A DNA stretch of 63,677 nucleotides, filler included, from Candidatus Woesearchaeota archaeon (GTDB taxonomy: Archaea > Nanobdellota > Nanobdellia > SCGC-AAA011-G17 > CAYFGV01): NCBI GenBank assembly GCA_964342845.1. It is 4 parts of 4 records of this genome, joined end to end, with 100 filler letters (N's around TTAATTAATTAA, not from the genome) between each part and the next. Parts side by side here need not be neighbours in the genome. Positions count along the whole stretch, not along the records: positions 34,685 to 49,907 come from CAYFGV010000014.1; 3 more parts are not named here. One strand, given 5' to 3'. Below, one piece after another: positions 37,845 to 46,946 of this stretch. Both the position numbers and the translations under genes were made by a program. The notes beneath the pieces were generated by a model, which saw nothing but the letters and a program-made list of their open reading frames with translations, ran no database searches and was not told the DNA's origin. How positions within the stretch are numbered: the stretch's first letter is position 1; every line of letters begins with the position of its first letter.

Positions 37845-40501
37845 ATTCCAGGTTTGCCCGGTTTTGCTTTTTTTGCCTTACTCTCGGGGTCAAGACTTGG
37901 ATTATTTTTAATTTCCTTCATGGAAAATACAGAAATAGATTCAGAACCTGTAGTTTTAGCTAAAAAATCTTTATTTTCTTCAAACAAATCAGTTTCACTT
38001 GGAATAGGATAAAGATAGGTGTAAGGATTTTCTATTCTTACAATGTTCTTGATATTTATAATATCTTTTTGGCTATTGTTAATCTTTTCCTCTGTCTTTT
38101 CTAGTTCAATATCTATCTTTTTTTCATCATATTCAGGCCACTTAGTTAAGCTAATAAATTTCTTTCCGATTTTATTCCATATTTCTTCACATATGAAAGG
38201 AGTAAATGGACTTAACAACAACAACTGTGTTTCTATGAGGTTATTTAACACAATTTTGTTGGGTTTCTTATTTTTTTGTAAATATCTTTTCAAAGAATTT
38301 TGTAAATCAAAAAATCCTCTTTGAATAGCACTCCTAAACATTGTATTTTCCATAAACCCTTCTGTTTCTTTTATTAGCCTATGTAGTTTGCTCTCTATCC
38401 AATTATCAGAATTATTTCTATCTTTTCTTCCATTATTATAATTCTCAACAACAAAGTCATAGAAACTAATTAATTTATTCTTCATCATTTCTGCAAAATT
38501 ACTATCCCAATTAGGATCATCTAAACCTTCCCCACCATTTAGAATTGTTAATCGAGAAACGTCAGATCCAAACTTTTTAGCCATCTCTTTAACAGGAATC
38601 ATATTTCCCAAACTTTTACTCATTTTTTGACCATCTACTTTAACCCAACCATTAACACCAACCCCAACTGGCCAATACTTCTTAGGAAAAATAGCAACAT
38701 GATTAAATAAGAAGAAAGTCAAATGGTTTTGAACTAAATCTTTGCCAGAATTTCTAAAATCAACAGGATACCAATATTCAAATTCTTCTCTCATTTTATC
38801 AATATTCTTAACTTTGGGTTTTCCTCCTTTCCCTAAGAAAATATAATCAAACAATTTATCATCCACTTTCTCAATTGGAACATCCTTGATCAGGTGAGCT
38901 ATTGTATAATAAGCCATATAAATTGTAGAGTCAGATAGGCTTTCAATAAGCCAACTCTCGTCAAAAGGCAACCTAGTACCTAAACCATACTCTCTAGTAC
39001 AAGCCCATTTATTCAACCAACCAATTACATATGAAAATTGATCTCTAACAATTTCAGGATATAATTTAACACCTTTTAAAACAGTATGAACTTGCTTTTT
39101 CCATTCTTCATTATCATAATTAATAAACCATTGGTCACTTACAACCTTGACCGCACATTTAGCTAGACTTCTACTAACAACCTCTCCAGTTAACTCATAA
39201 AATAACTCAATCCATCCCTGTTCCAATAATTCCTTCTTTATTATTTTTTGACCTTTAGGAATATCCATTCCCTCTAAATTCTTAGAAAATCCTTTTTTAT
39301 ATAAATGACCTAGTTTTCCTTTTGTAAAAGTCAACTTATACAATTCTTTTTTAATCTTTTCTAACTTATCCCTTTCATTCTGAGACTTAACATTATATTT
39401 ATCTAAAAAATATTGAGCAGAATTCCCACCAACTTCAGGAGTTTCAAATATCTCAATAGGTTCTATGTTTTTAACTTCTTTAGAATTTAAACCGTACTCC
39501 TTAATCAAATCGTCATCTTTTTGTAAATCTCTTAAAGCTATTAAATCATCTGCAGAATCAGAAGGAACAGAATGAACCATTCCAGTACCATAATTAGGAT
39601 CTAAAAAAGTAGCAGGTAACACTAAAATTTTCTTTCCTCCAAAAGACTCAACCCACTTACCTATTAAATTCCTTCCATTAACTTTGCCTAAAACCTTAAC
39701 GGCAAACTCTTGGTTTTTAAGTTTCTCTATCACAGGCTCCCCGACAATCCACCTCTCTCCTTTAGTTTCTATCTCTACATATTCGACTTCAGGATTCACA
39801 TACACATTTGTTATCCCCCAAACAGTATCGTGCCTTAATGTTGCAGTAATAATTTTCTTTCCATCATCTAAATTAAATTTAAAAAGACAAAACTCTTGAG
39901 GAACTTCACCCTCTCCTTTTATTCTATCATGGTCTCCTACAGGCATATCTGTTTTAGGGTCCCAAACAACCGGATGCTTTCCTTTAGCAACATATCCTTT
40001 TTCTTTTAGTTTTTTAAATTGCCATTGTATAAATTTATCATAATGAGGATTCATAGAAGTTGTAATAAATTCCCTTCTTTTATCATAAGAAATAGCCATC
40101 ACCCTATAAGCCTCACCCCAGATTTTAGTAAAAACTTTTGGCCAATGTTCTGGTTTTTTTAATTTTTCAATTTCTTTATCTTTAAAACCTTGATCTTTCA
40201 GTAACTTAATTTGTTTCTTTTCACCCTCTTCTATTCTTTTAGCAGCAGCAACAATAGGACTTCCAGTACAATGCCAAGCTTGAGGAAATAAAACATTAAA
40301 ACCCTTCATTCTTTTATATCTAGCAAATGCCTCAACTCTCATTAAAGTATATAAATGTCCGATATGAGGGATAGCATTCATATAAGGGTATGGAAAAGTT
40401 AGGAAAAATTTCTTTCTTTTTTTATCTACTTTTGGTTCAAATACTTTTTTTTCTTCCCAAGCCTTTTGCCACTTCTTTTCTATCTTTTGAAAACTAACCA
40501 T
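37814..40501 (-). CDS. leuS: Leucine--tRNA ligase (archaeal type)
   Basis: FPYPYMN, HIGH, GKDLVQNHL, KMSKS. Confidence 0.96.
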   Translation of the reverse strand: MVSFQKIEKKWQKAWEEKKVFEPKVDKKRKKFFLTFPYPYMNAIPHIGHLYTLMRVEAFARYKRMKGFNVLFPQAWHCTGSPIVAAAKRIEEGEKKQIKLLKDQGFKDKEIEKLKKPEHWPKVFTKIWGEAYRVMAISYDKRREFITTSMNPHYDKFIQWQFKKLKEKGYVAKGKHPVVWDPKTDMPVGDHDRIKGEGEVPQEFCLFKFNLDDGKKIITATLRHDTVWGITNVYVNPEVEYVEIETKGERWIVGEPVIEKLKNQEFAVKVLGKVNGRNLIGKWVESFGGKKILVLPATFLDPNYGTGMVHSVPSDSADDLIALRDLQKDDDLIKEYGLNSKEVKNIEPIEIFETPEVGGNSAQYFLDKYNVKSQNERDKLEKIKKELYKLTFTKGKLGHLYKKGFSKNLEGMDIPKGQKIIKKELLEQGWIELFYELTGEVVSRSLAKCAVKVVSDQWFINYDNEEWKKQVHTVLKGVKLYPEIVRDQFSYVIGWLNKWACTREYGLGTRLPFDESWLIESLSDSTIYMAYYTIAHLIKDVPIEKVDDKLFDYIFLGKGGKPKVKNIDKMREEFEYWYPVDFRNSGKDLVQNHLTFFLFNHVAIFPKKYWPVGVGVNGWVKVDGQKMSKSLGNMIPVKEMAKKFGSDVSRLTILNGGEGLDDPNWDSNFAEMMKNKLISFYDFVVENYNNGRKDRNNSDNWIESKLHRLIKETEGFMENTMFRSAIQRGFFDLQNSLKRYLQKNKKPNKIVLNNLIETQLLLLSPFTPFICEEIWNKIGKKFISLTKWPEYDEKKIDIELEKTEEKINNSQKDIINIKNIVRIENPYTYLYPIPSETDLFEENKDFLAKTTGSESISVFSMKEIKNNPSLDPESKAKKAKPGKPGIYVSGTALDV

Positions 40502-40600
40502 AAGAGAAGAATTAAAAGCCTAGGTTTAAATTATTTTTGGTTTCTTAGATTCTCTTTTAGTAACCTTTATAAAAACAGAATCAGTTCTAAATTCTATAAT

Positions 40601-40701
40601 GGGCCTGTAGCTCAACTTGGATAGAGCACTAGAAATTATGGTGAACCTTCTATCACAAGGAAGCAAGCTAGGGGTTGTGGGTTCAAATCCCATCAGGCCC
40701 G
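40601..40701 (+). tRNA. tRNA-Arg(TCT) with two 13-nt introns (40633-40645 at 30/31; 40653-40665 at 37/38)
   Basis: Removing both introns gives CTAGC-CTTCTAA-GCTAG; each intron forms a bulge-helix-bulge motif. Confidence 0.88.
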
Positions 40702-40755
40702 TTTTATCTTTTTTAAGAAAGCTTTTTAAAAAGAAAGTTATTCTATTTATCCAAC

Positions 40756-40856
40756 GGGTCCATGGCCAAAATTAACATCTAAACAATGTTGGTGGCTATG
40801 CGGTAAGGCACAGGGTTGCAGACCCTGGATCGAGAGTTCAAATCTCTCTGGGCCCT
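40756..40856 (+). tRNA. tRNA-Cys(GCA) with ~30-nt D-loop intron (about 40770-40799)
   Basis: CAGGG-TTGCAGA-CCCTG arm; U73 discriminator; excision restores GCCAAGCGGTAAGGC. Confidence 0.88.
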
Positions 40857-40921
40857 TTTATTTTTCTAAATAAGAAAACTTTATAAATTAGTAAAACAAA
40901 ATATCTAAAAGAGGTATTTAA

Positions 40922-41101
40922 ATGAATTTCAGTATTTGGGTGTTAAAAACATATAAAACGCTTAGAAGAACTGTTCTAATTATAGCTATCCTCTTATTAG
41001 CAATCTGGTATTTCAACCCACAAGGATTCTCTGGAATGGTATCAGCAGGTGGAGATCTTGCAGCTATAACAGGAAACACAATTATAGAAATATTTAAATA
41101 A
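40922..41101 (+). CDS. 59-aa single-TM protein (not in ORF track)
   Basis: GAGGT RBS; MNFSIWVLKTYKTLRRTVLIIAILLLAIWYFNPQG...ITGNTIIEIFK*. Confidence 0.6.
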   Translation: MNFSIWVLKTYKTLRRTVLIIAILLLAIWYFNPQGFSGMVSAGGDLAAITGNTIIEIFK

Positions 41102-41115
41102 AAAAAAGAAAAAAT

Positions 41116-43089
41116 TTATTTTTTCTTTGTAACAATCGCCTTAATAAAGAAGATTATCACTACTAATAGTAATAAGTCACCTAATACGATTAAACTAGAT
41201 GTAAAGTCAATACTACCAATACTATCTATAAAGCTAGTAAATCCAGTAATATCCTCTCCACTAATAGTTGAACCACTTTCACTTTCATCTCCTTCTACTG
41301 TAACAATTAAAGTTTCTGTATTTATTTCTTCATTGTCTTCTTCCAGCGTTATTGTTATCTGATAGGTATTAGCTTCTGCATCATCGTCAACCAATAATGT
41401 CACATAAGCTATGCTCTCTTCTCCTGGTTGTATATCTGCTTCAGGCTGAGTTACATCGATCAAAGTAGCAAACCCTTCATGACCTGTCACACTTATCTCA
41501 AATTCATTCTCAGTACTATCTCCATTGTTAGTTACAGTAACTAGAACAACAAAGGTTTCTTCTTGCTCTGCAGATACAACTTGGTCTTCTAAAGAAATTT
41601 CAACTTCTCCTTCTCCATCTGAAGGATCATCTTCTGAAACAACACATTCAGATCCTTCAATAGTAAATGTTTTTGAAATATCTCCTAGTCGATTATCATC
41701 TTCGTCATATGCATAGATATACAATGTATGAGTTCCTTCTTCAGCATCCTCAGGAATAGTCACAACAAAAGACTTATCAGTTTCTCTATCATTATTTGAA
41801 GAAGCATCATCTCCATCTAGATCAAAGCTTATTGATTCATCTTCAATATCTATATCAGATACAACTAATATAAGATACATATCGTCCTGATCATCCATAC
41901 CTGTATTAACAATAGTTGTTTCTACACTTAATTCCTCGCCACATTCAATTGTTTCTGGATCTATAGTAGTATTCAAGAACACAACTTCATCATCTTCATC
42001 TTTATCAACTTCTAACTCGTCCATAAATAAGAAGTTAACTTCGTAATTATCTCCTGAATCTTTTCCTTCTCCTTCAACAACTAATTCTATTGTATAATAT
42101 CCTGCTTCAACATTGTAAGGCACTTCAAAATCATTAAAAGATTTGTCGTCTCCCTTACCTTCGTCTAAATCAAAGTTAGAAGTTTCGCTTTCTAAATCAT
42201 CTCCACTACCATCTTCCATATCTATAATAACAGTTGTAATGATTATATCTTCAATATCTTCATCGAAAACATTGTCAATATCAAGAGAAACATCAAAATC
42301 CTCTCCTGGTTCTACTTTTGAATCTTCAACTTTAAAGTCAAATATACTGAATATTTCACTCTCAACAGCAACTTCTAAGTCAACAAAACCACCAACAACA
42401 TCATTGGAAACATTAATATCCCAATTATAGTCATTATAAACAAAAGCATCTTCTTCAGTATTTACAGTTAGAGTAATCTCTTGTGTTGCACCTATCTCTA
42501 ATAATGTGATTAAAGTTTCACTAAATCCTAAATTAATTTCACCGTAATAGCCGTCATCTATATTAGTATCCATTTCTTCACTAATCACTAAATCCTTTAA
42601 ATCAGTATTTCCAGTATTAGTAACATTAAAAGTAATAGATTCATTAGAATCTGGATTAATAGTTATAGCATCAATACTGTCAATCTCAATAGAATTAACA
42701 GCATTAACATCTATTGTTAGATTTAATTCATCATAGTCTCCTTCTGTAGCAGTCACGTTTATAACGCCTTCATATGTCGCATTTGGAGTAGTTGCCGGTA
42801 TAGTCACATTAAAATCAACTATTTTCTCTTCTCCAGCTAAAATATCAAAAGCTTCTGGAAATTCAAAAACCATTGAATCAAAACTACCTACTTCTGATAC
42901 AACAATGCCTGTTAGATCTACAGTACTCTCATTTATCGTAAATTGCCCCTGTAATGTTACGCCAGGGTCTGTTGTAAAACTCAAAGAATCTTCGTCTATA
43001 ACTAGATTACCTTCGCCAGCTCCAGCAAAAACAAATACAGCTAATAGTAACAAAGGCATCATTACACTTAATAATATTTTCTTATTCAT
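41116..43089 (-). CDS. S-layer-like acidic surface glycoprotein with Ig-like repeats
   Basis: Signal peptide, repeated V.N.G Ig-like motifs, many NxS/T sites, C-terminal TM plus KKK. Confidence 0.8.
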   Translation of the reverse strand: MNKKILLSVMMPLLLLAVFVFAGAGEGNLVIDEDSLSFTTDPGVTLQGQFTINESTVDLTGIVVSEVGSFDSMVFEFPEAFDILAGEEKIVDFNVTIPATTPNATYEGVINVTATEGDYDELNLTIDVNAVNSIEIDSIDAITINPDSNESITFNVTNTGNTDLKDLVISEEMDTNIDDGYYGEINLGFSETLITLLEIGATQEITLTVNTEEDAFVYNDYNWDINVSNDVVGGFVDLEVAVESEIFSIFDFKVEDSKVEPGEDFDVSLDIDNVFDEDIEDIIITTVIIDMEDGSGDDLESETSNFDLDEGKGDDKSFNDFEVPYNVEAGYYTIELVVEGEGKDSGDNYEVNFLFMDELEVDKDEDDEVVFLNTTIDPETIECGEELSVETTIVNTGMDDQDDMYLILVVSDIDIEDESISFDLDGDDASSNNDRETDKSFVVTIPEDAEEGTHTLYIYAYDEDDNRLGDISKTFTIEGSECVVSEDDPSDGEGEVEISLEDQVVSAEQEETFVVLVTVTNNGDSTENEFEISVTGHEGFATLIDVTQPEADIQPGEESIAYVTLLVDDDAEANTYQITITLEEDNEEINTETLIVTVEGDESESGSTISGEDITGFTSFIDSIGSIDFTSSLIVLGDLLLLVVIIFFIKAIVTKKK

Positions 43090-43234
43090 TTATAACCCCC
43101 CTATGAATATTATATGTTGTAATTTTAGAGTGGTTAGGGTATATATAAATGTTTTGGTGTTTAAAAAGCCCCATCTAGAAAGCAAAAACCAATTCTACCT
43201 ATAAACCCTATCAAAACTACAAAAAACATCAAAT

Positions 43235-43729
43235 TTACCTTCTAAAGTAACATCCCAAATATAATCCTAATAAAGCTCCAAAAACAACATCAAATAACGT
43301 ATGAACACCTATATAAATCCTGCTAAATGCAACTAAACAAGCTAAAGATACAACTAAGTATTTTAATTTTTTAAATTCTTTAACTAAAATAGGAATCACT
43401 GAAAAAGCACCTGCAGCATGAGCACTTGGAAACGAAGGAGAAGCTTTTATAATTAAAGGAGCTAAGTCAGGTCTTTGAGTAAAAAACACTAACTTTAAAA
43501 CCCAAGCTAAAATCACAGCAGAAACAAAAGAAAATGTTAGATTTTTAAAATAAGCCTCTTTTTTTGTTAAAATCAAAATAATCACAAAAACAGCCACAGG
43601 ATACGAAATATAAATCATTAAATTATCTAAAAAAGATAACCTATAAGAAATTATTAAATTAGAAATAAAATCAGACAATAAAAAGGAAATAATTAAAACA
43701 ACTATTGAAATTGGAATTATTTTTTTCAT
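43235..43729 (-). CDS. PAP2-family membrane phosphatase
   Basis: KxxxxxxRP, SFPSAH, SRIYIGVH..D. Confidence 0.9.
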   Translation of the reverse strand: MKKIIPISIVVLIISFLLSDFISNLIISYRLSFLDNLMIYISYPVAVFVIILILTKKEAYFKNLTFSFVSAVILAWVLKLVFFTQRPDLAPLIIKASPSFPSAHAAGAFSVIPILVKEFKKLKYLVVSLACLVAFSRIYIGVHTLFDVVFGALLGLYLGCYFRR

Positions 43730-43802
43730 AAAGGAATTTGAATTAAAGAACTTTTAAAGCTTTTGACAAAACAATTATAAACAAATAAAATAAAATCCTT
43801 CT

Positions 43803-44321
43803 ATGAAATTCATAAAAGACTTAACACTAAGACTAGCTTTATGCTTCATAATCTTATTCTCAAATATTTTCTACTACATAATGTATCCTTTAACTTACTA
43901 CACAACATATTTAATCTTAAGAATTTTCTACAACATCCAACTGGGAGACTATTCATACATAATAGGATCATACGAAATAAAACTAATAGAGGCTTGCATA
44001 GGAATATCAGCTTATATTCTAATCACTTTCTTAATATTTTTAACTTATGGAATTCCATGGAAACAAAGATTTAAAATTTTGGGTTTAGGAATTATCTTAA
44101 TTTACTTAATGAACATAATAAGACTTATATTTTCTATTTTCATCTTAACAAATTACAGCTATGATTTATTCAACAAATTTCATTTGCTATTTTGGACAAT
44201 TTTATCAACATTGTATGTTTTTGGAGTCTGGATCTTCTTAATCTATAAATTCAAAATAAAAACAATACCAATTTACTCAGATTATATTAAGTTGAAAAGA
44301 TACCTAAAGAAATTAAAGTAA
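43803..44321 (+). CDS. Archaeosortase/exosortase family protein (pacearchaeosortase-like)
   Basis: EACIG, NIIR and FH provide the Cys-Arg-His triad in a multi-TM protein. Confidence 0.8.
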   Translation: MKFIKDLTLRLALCFIILFSNIFYYIMYPLTYYTTYLILRIFYNIQLGDYSYIIGSYEIKLIEACIGISAYILITFLIFLTYGIPWKQRFKILGLGIILIYLMNIIRLIFSIFILTNYSYDLFNKFHLLFWTILSTLYVFGVWIFLIYKFKIKTIPIYSDYIKLKRYLKKLK

Positions 44322-44739
44322 CTATAACACCTGCAGTTACAACCCCTAAAGAAATTGCTAAATAAGCTTTCTTTCTTTTAATTTTAAACAACCAAGCAGC
44401 TAATGTTCCTGTATAACAACCAGTTCCTGGAAAAGGAATTGCAACTAGCAAATATAAAGCAACCAACTCCCATTTAGTTCCAACATGCTTCTCTATCTTG
44501 CGTCTAGTTCTATTTATATATTTATTAAAAACAAATGAATAAAATTTAATCTTCAAAAAATGTTCATGCAAGTAATCTAAAAAAAAGAATATAGGAAACA
44601 TAACTAAAATATTCAAAAAAGTCAGCAATAAAAACACAAACAACGGCGAAAACCCTTGAGAAATAGCATAAGGAATCCCACCTCTCAATTCTGAAATAGG
44701 TAAAACAGTTAAAATTATAGCATAAATTAGTTGATTCAT
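44287..44739 (-). CDS. Putative small multidrug export family protein (COG2426-like)
   Basis: LPISELRGGIP and VAIPFPGTG motifs. Confidence 0.85.
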   Translation of the reverse strand: MNQLIYAIILTVLPISELRGGIPYAISQGFSPLFVFLLLTFLNILVMFPIFFFLDYLHEHFLKIKFYSFVFNKYINRTRRKIEKHVGTKWELVALYLLVAIPFPGTGCYTGTLAAWLFKIKRKKAYLAISLGVVTAGVIVTLISLGIFST

Positions 44740-44815
44740 ACTTTTTTTTATTTAATCTTCTTTATAAGGTTTTTTAAAACCTCAATTTCTCATCTTATCT
44801 TTTCAAAAAATTCAT

Positions 44816-45079
44816 CTACGGAATTAAATCTAACGCCTTTTTCCTTCTTTTTAATTCTTTCTTAAATTCCTTTTTAAAAGGAAATTCATCAACAGGATGC
44901 CAATCAATGTCCTCGCAAATCTCCCAATCTTCATCAGAAATTTTTCCAGTCTCTATATATTTTTCAAATATTAATTTCTTCATAGCCTCTTCCCTAGCAA
45001 TTTCACTCCAATTTATCCAGGAAAACTCTTTTAAGTCTCCTTTAAATTCTTCTCCTACAGATAATGTTAATGAAGCCAT
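44816..45079 (-). CDS. RHH-type antitoxin-like protein, probably frameshifted near the C-terminus
   Basis: MASLTLSV...INWSEIAR; alternative frame gives GVRFNSVDEFFEKIR*. Confidence 0.65.
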   Translation of the reverse strand: MASLTLSVGEEFKGDLKEFSWINWSEIAREEAMKKLIFEKYIETGKISDEDWEICEDIDWHPVDEFPFKKEFKKELKRRKKALDLIP

Positions 45080-45081
45080 TT

Positions 45082-45237
45082 TCAGATTTTTCCTCTCCTT
45101 TTTAAGTCTTCAAATTTTCTAAATTCTTTAAGTCTTATCTCAAACCGTTTTTTCAAATATTCTGCCCAATTAATCTCAGCATGTTCATCCATCTCTTTTT
45201 TTAATTCAATTGGTATTGATACAGTAAAGGTTGCCAT
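45082..45237 (-). CDS. 51-aa RHH-type antitoxin-like protein (not in ORF track)
   Basis: MATFTVSIPIELKKEMDEHAEINWAEYLKK... Confidence 0.7.
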   Translation of the reverse strand: MATFTVSIPIELKKEMDEHAEINWAEYLKKRFEIRLKEFRKFEDLKRRGKI

Positions 45238-45350
45238 TTTGCACTAAATTTTGTTTAAATACTAGAATTTGTTTATATATTTAAATCTTTCTATTTTTTA
45301 GATTATCTTAAAACCATAACATTTAAATTATTTTTAAATATCCATATTTT

Positions 45351-46442
45351 ATGATAAAAACAGTTAACGAGGATTATCAGACAAAACAAAGACAAGTTGA
45401 AGACCTTTCTAGAACATATGATATCGAACCACAGAAAGTTTGGGTTATTGACATGCAAAGGGCTTCTGTAAATTTAAGGGACCCGCCCCGTGAATTACTT
45501 CCTAAGGATTTGAAAAATAAATTCCAGTTTGCAACTTTAGTTATGGAATCAAAAGGTGTAAAGTTTACTACAAGTGAAACATCTGTTAGCCAATCTTTAT
45601 TCACTCCTTATGATGTTATTTCAACAAAGAATGAAGAAAGGTTTGATTTGGAATACGATAATATTCCTATTCCTTTTGAAGGACTAAAGTTACTTGAAAT
45701 ATTTGGTAGCCCCCCTCTTTATTATTTTCCTTTAAAATATAATAAAGAAAATAGGAATGGTTTTGCTCATCTTATAGTAAATCCTTATGAAGACTGTTCT
45801 AAAAGATGTAAGCCGTGCGCAAGGTTACCTCACTTTAAAGAAAGATGTGGTAATGAAGAGGAAAACTTGTCTTACATAGCTGATGGTGTTTTTAATTTGG
45901 TGGGCTCTTCAGAAGATATAAAGCTTGTTCAGATAAGTACGGGCAGCACAATTAATGCTGAAAGCGATTTGAAATTGTATGAGAAAATTATATCCTTTTT
46001 TAACAACAAAGGTTTTAGTAACTGTGATTATAGTGTGTCATCTTCAAATATCGAAGAAAAAAAACATATGTTATTATTAAAAGAGATGGGGGTCACACAT
46101 TTCATTCCTAAAGTAGAAACAACATCATTAGAATCAACTGCTCTATTTTCAACTCAAAAAAGACCACTTAGTGAAGTAATTGATATGTTAAATATAGCAG
46201 AAGATATATTCCCCTACATTAGTATAAATATAATGCTTGGTTATGAAGACAAAGAGCAGTTGAAACAAAACTTAGAAAAAATAGCTGAAGAAACAAATAT
46301 TACAATAAAATATTGTATACCTCGAATATATTCTGAAGATCAGCTAAATATACTTCATCCTTCTGCTAAAAATCTAGAATACTTTGTAGAATTATGCAAA
46401 TTTATAGAAAAGAAATTCGTAATAAGAAAAGACTATAGCTAA
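45351..46442 (+). CDS. Radical SAM protein of unknown function
   Basis: Internal CSKRCKPC motif after a ~145-aa N-terminal extension; no SPASM domain. Confidence 0.7.
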   Translation: MIKTVNEDYQTKQRQVEDLSRTYDIEPQKVWVIDMQRASVNLRDPPRELLPKDLKNKFQFATLVMESKGVKFTTSETSVSQSLFTPYDVISTKNEERFDLEYDNIPIPFEGLKLLEIFGSPPLYYFPLKYNKENRNGFAHLIVNPYEDCSKRCKPCARLPHFKERCGNEEENLSYIADGVFNLVGSSEDIKLVQISTGSTINAESDLKLYEKIISFFNNKGFSNCDYSVSSSNIEEKKHMLLLKEMGVTHFIPKVETTSLESTALFSTQKRPLSEVIDMLNIAEDIFPYISINIMLGYEDKEQLKQNLEKIAEETNITIKYCIPRIYSEDQLNILHPSAKNLEYFVELCKFIEKKFVIRKDYS

Positions 46443-46513
46443 CATCTAAATTATAGAAATTTAATAAACATTTAGGCAAAGTTTTTTAAATAATTGAATA
46501 TTTCTTTTTTTTT

Positions 46514-46933
46514 ATGGATTATTCAAAATTGAACTTGCGCGAACTTAACTGTAATTTAACTGTTATAATAGGAAGGATAAACATGCTTGAGAGGGGTTTA
46601 TCAGCAAGAGATATTCCGAAGATCGAAAGGAATCTAGATGGGTTAAATGAAATTTGTCCAGAACTAAAATCTATTTTTAGCGAGACAAGGCCAATAGATT
46701 ACGATAATATTGTTGTGGGGAGTATATTAAAAGAACTTAGGGAAGAAACATTACCTAACTTTGTGGAAGCGTATCAGGATTTGGAAAGAGGGGCCAGAGG
46801 CTTTATTCTAAACGGTGGTAGGAGTTGTTTAGATAGAATCTATGAAAAACTAGGAAATCTTAAACAATATGAAGAGCACATTATTAAATTAGAGTGTGGT
46901 TTAAAATTACAAATAGGGTCTGAAGCATTTTAG
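46514..46933 (+). CDS. Helical hypothetical protein with a degenerate HisKA H-box-like N-terminus
   Basis: LRELNCNLTVIIGRINML resembles HELNNPLTVI.G with the His replaced by Arg. Confidence 0.5.
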   Translation: MDYSKLNLRELNCNLTVIIGRINMLERGLSARDIPKIERNLDGLNEICPELKSIFSETRPIDYDNIVVGSILKELREETLPNFVEAYQDLERGARGFILNGGRSCLDRIYEKLGNLKQYEEHIIKLECGLKLQIGSEAF

Positions 46934-46946
46934 GAATGCAGAAAAA

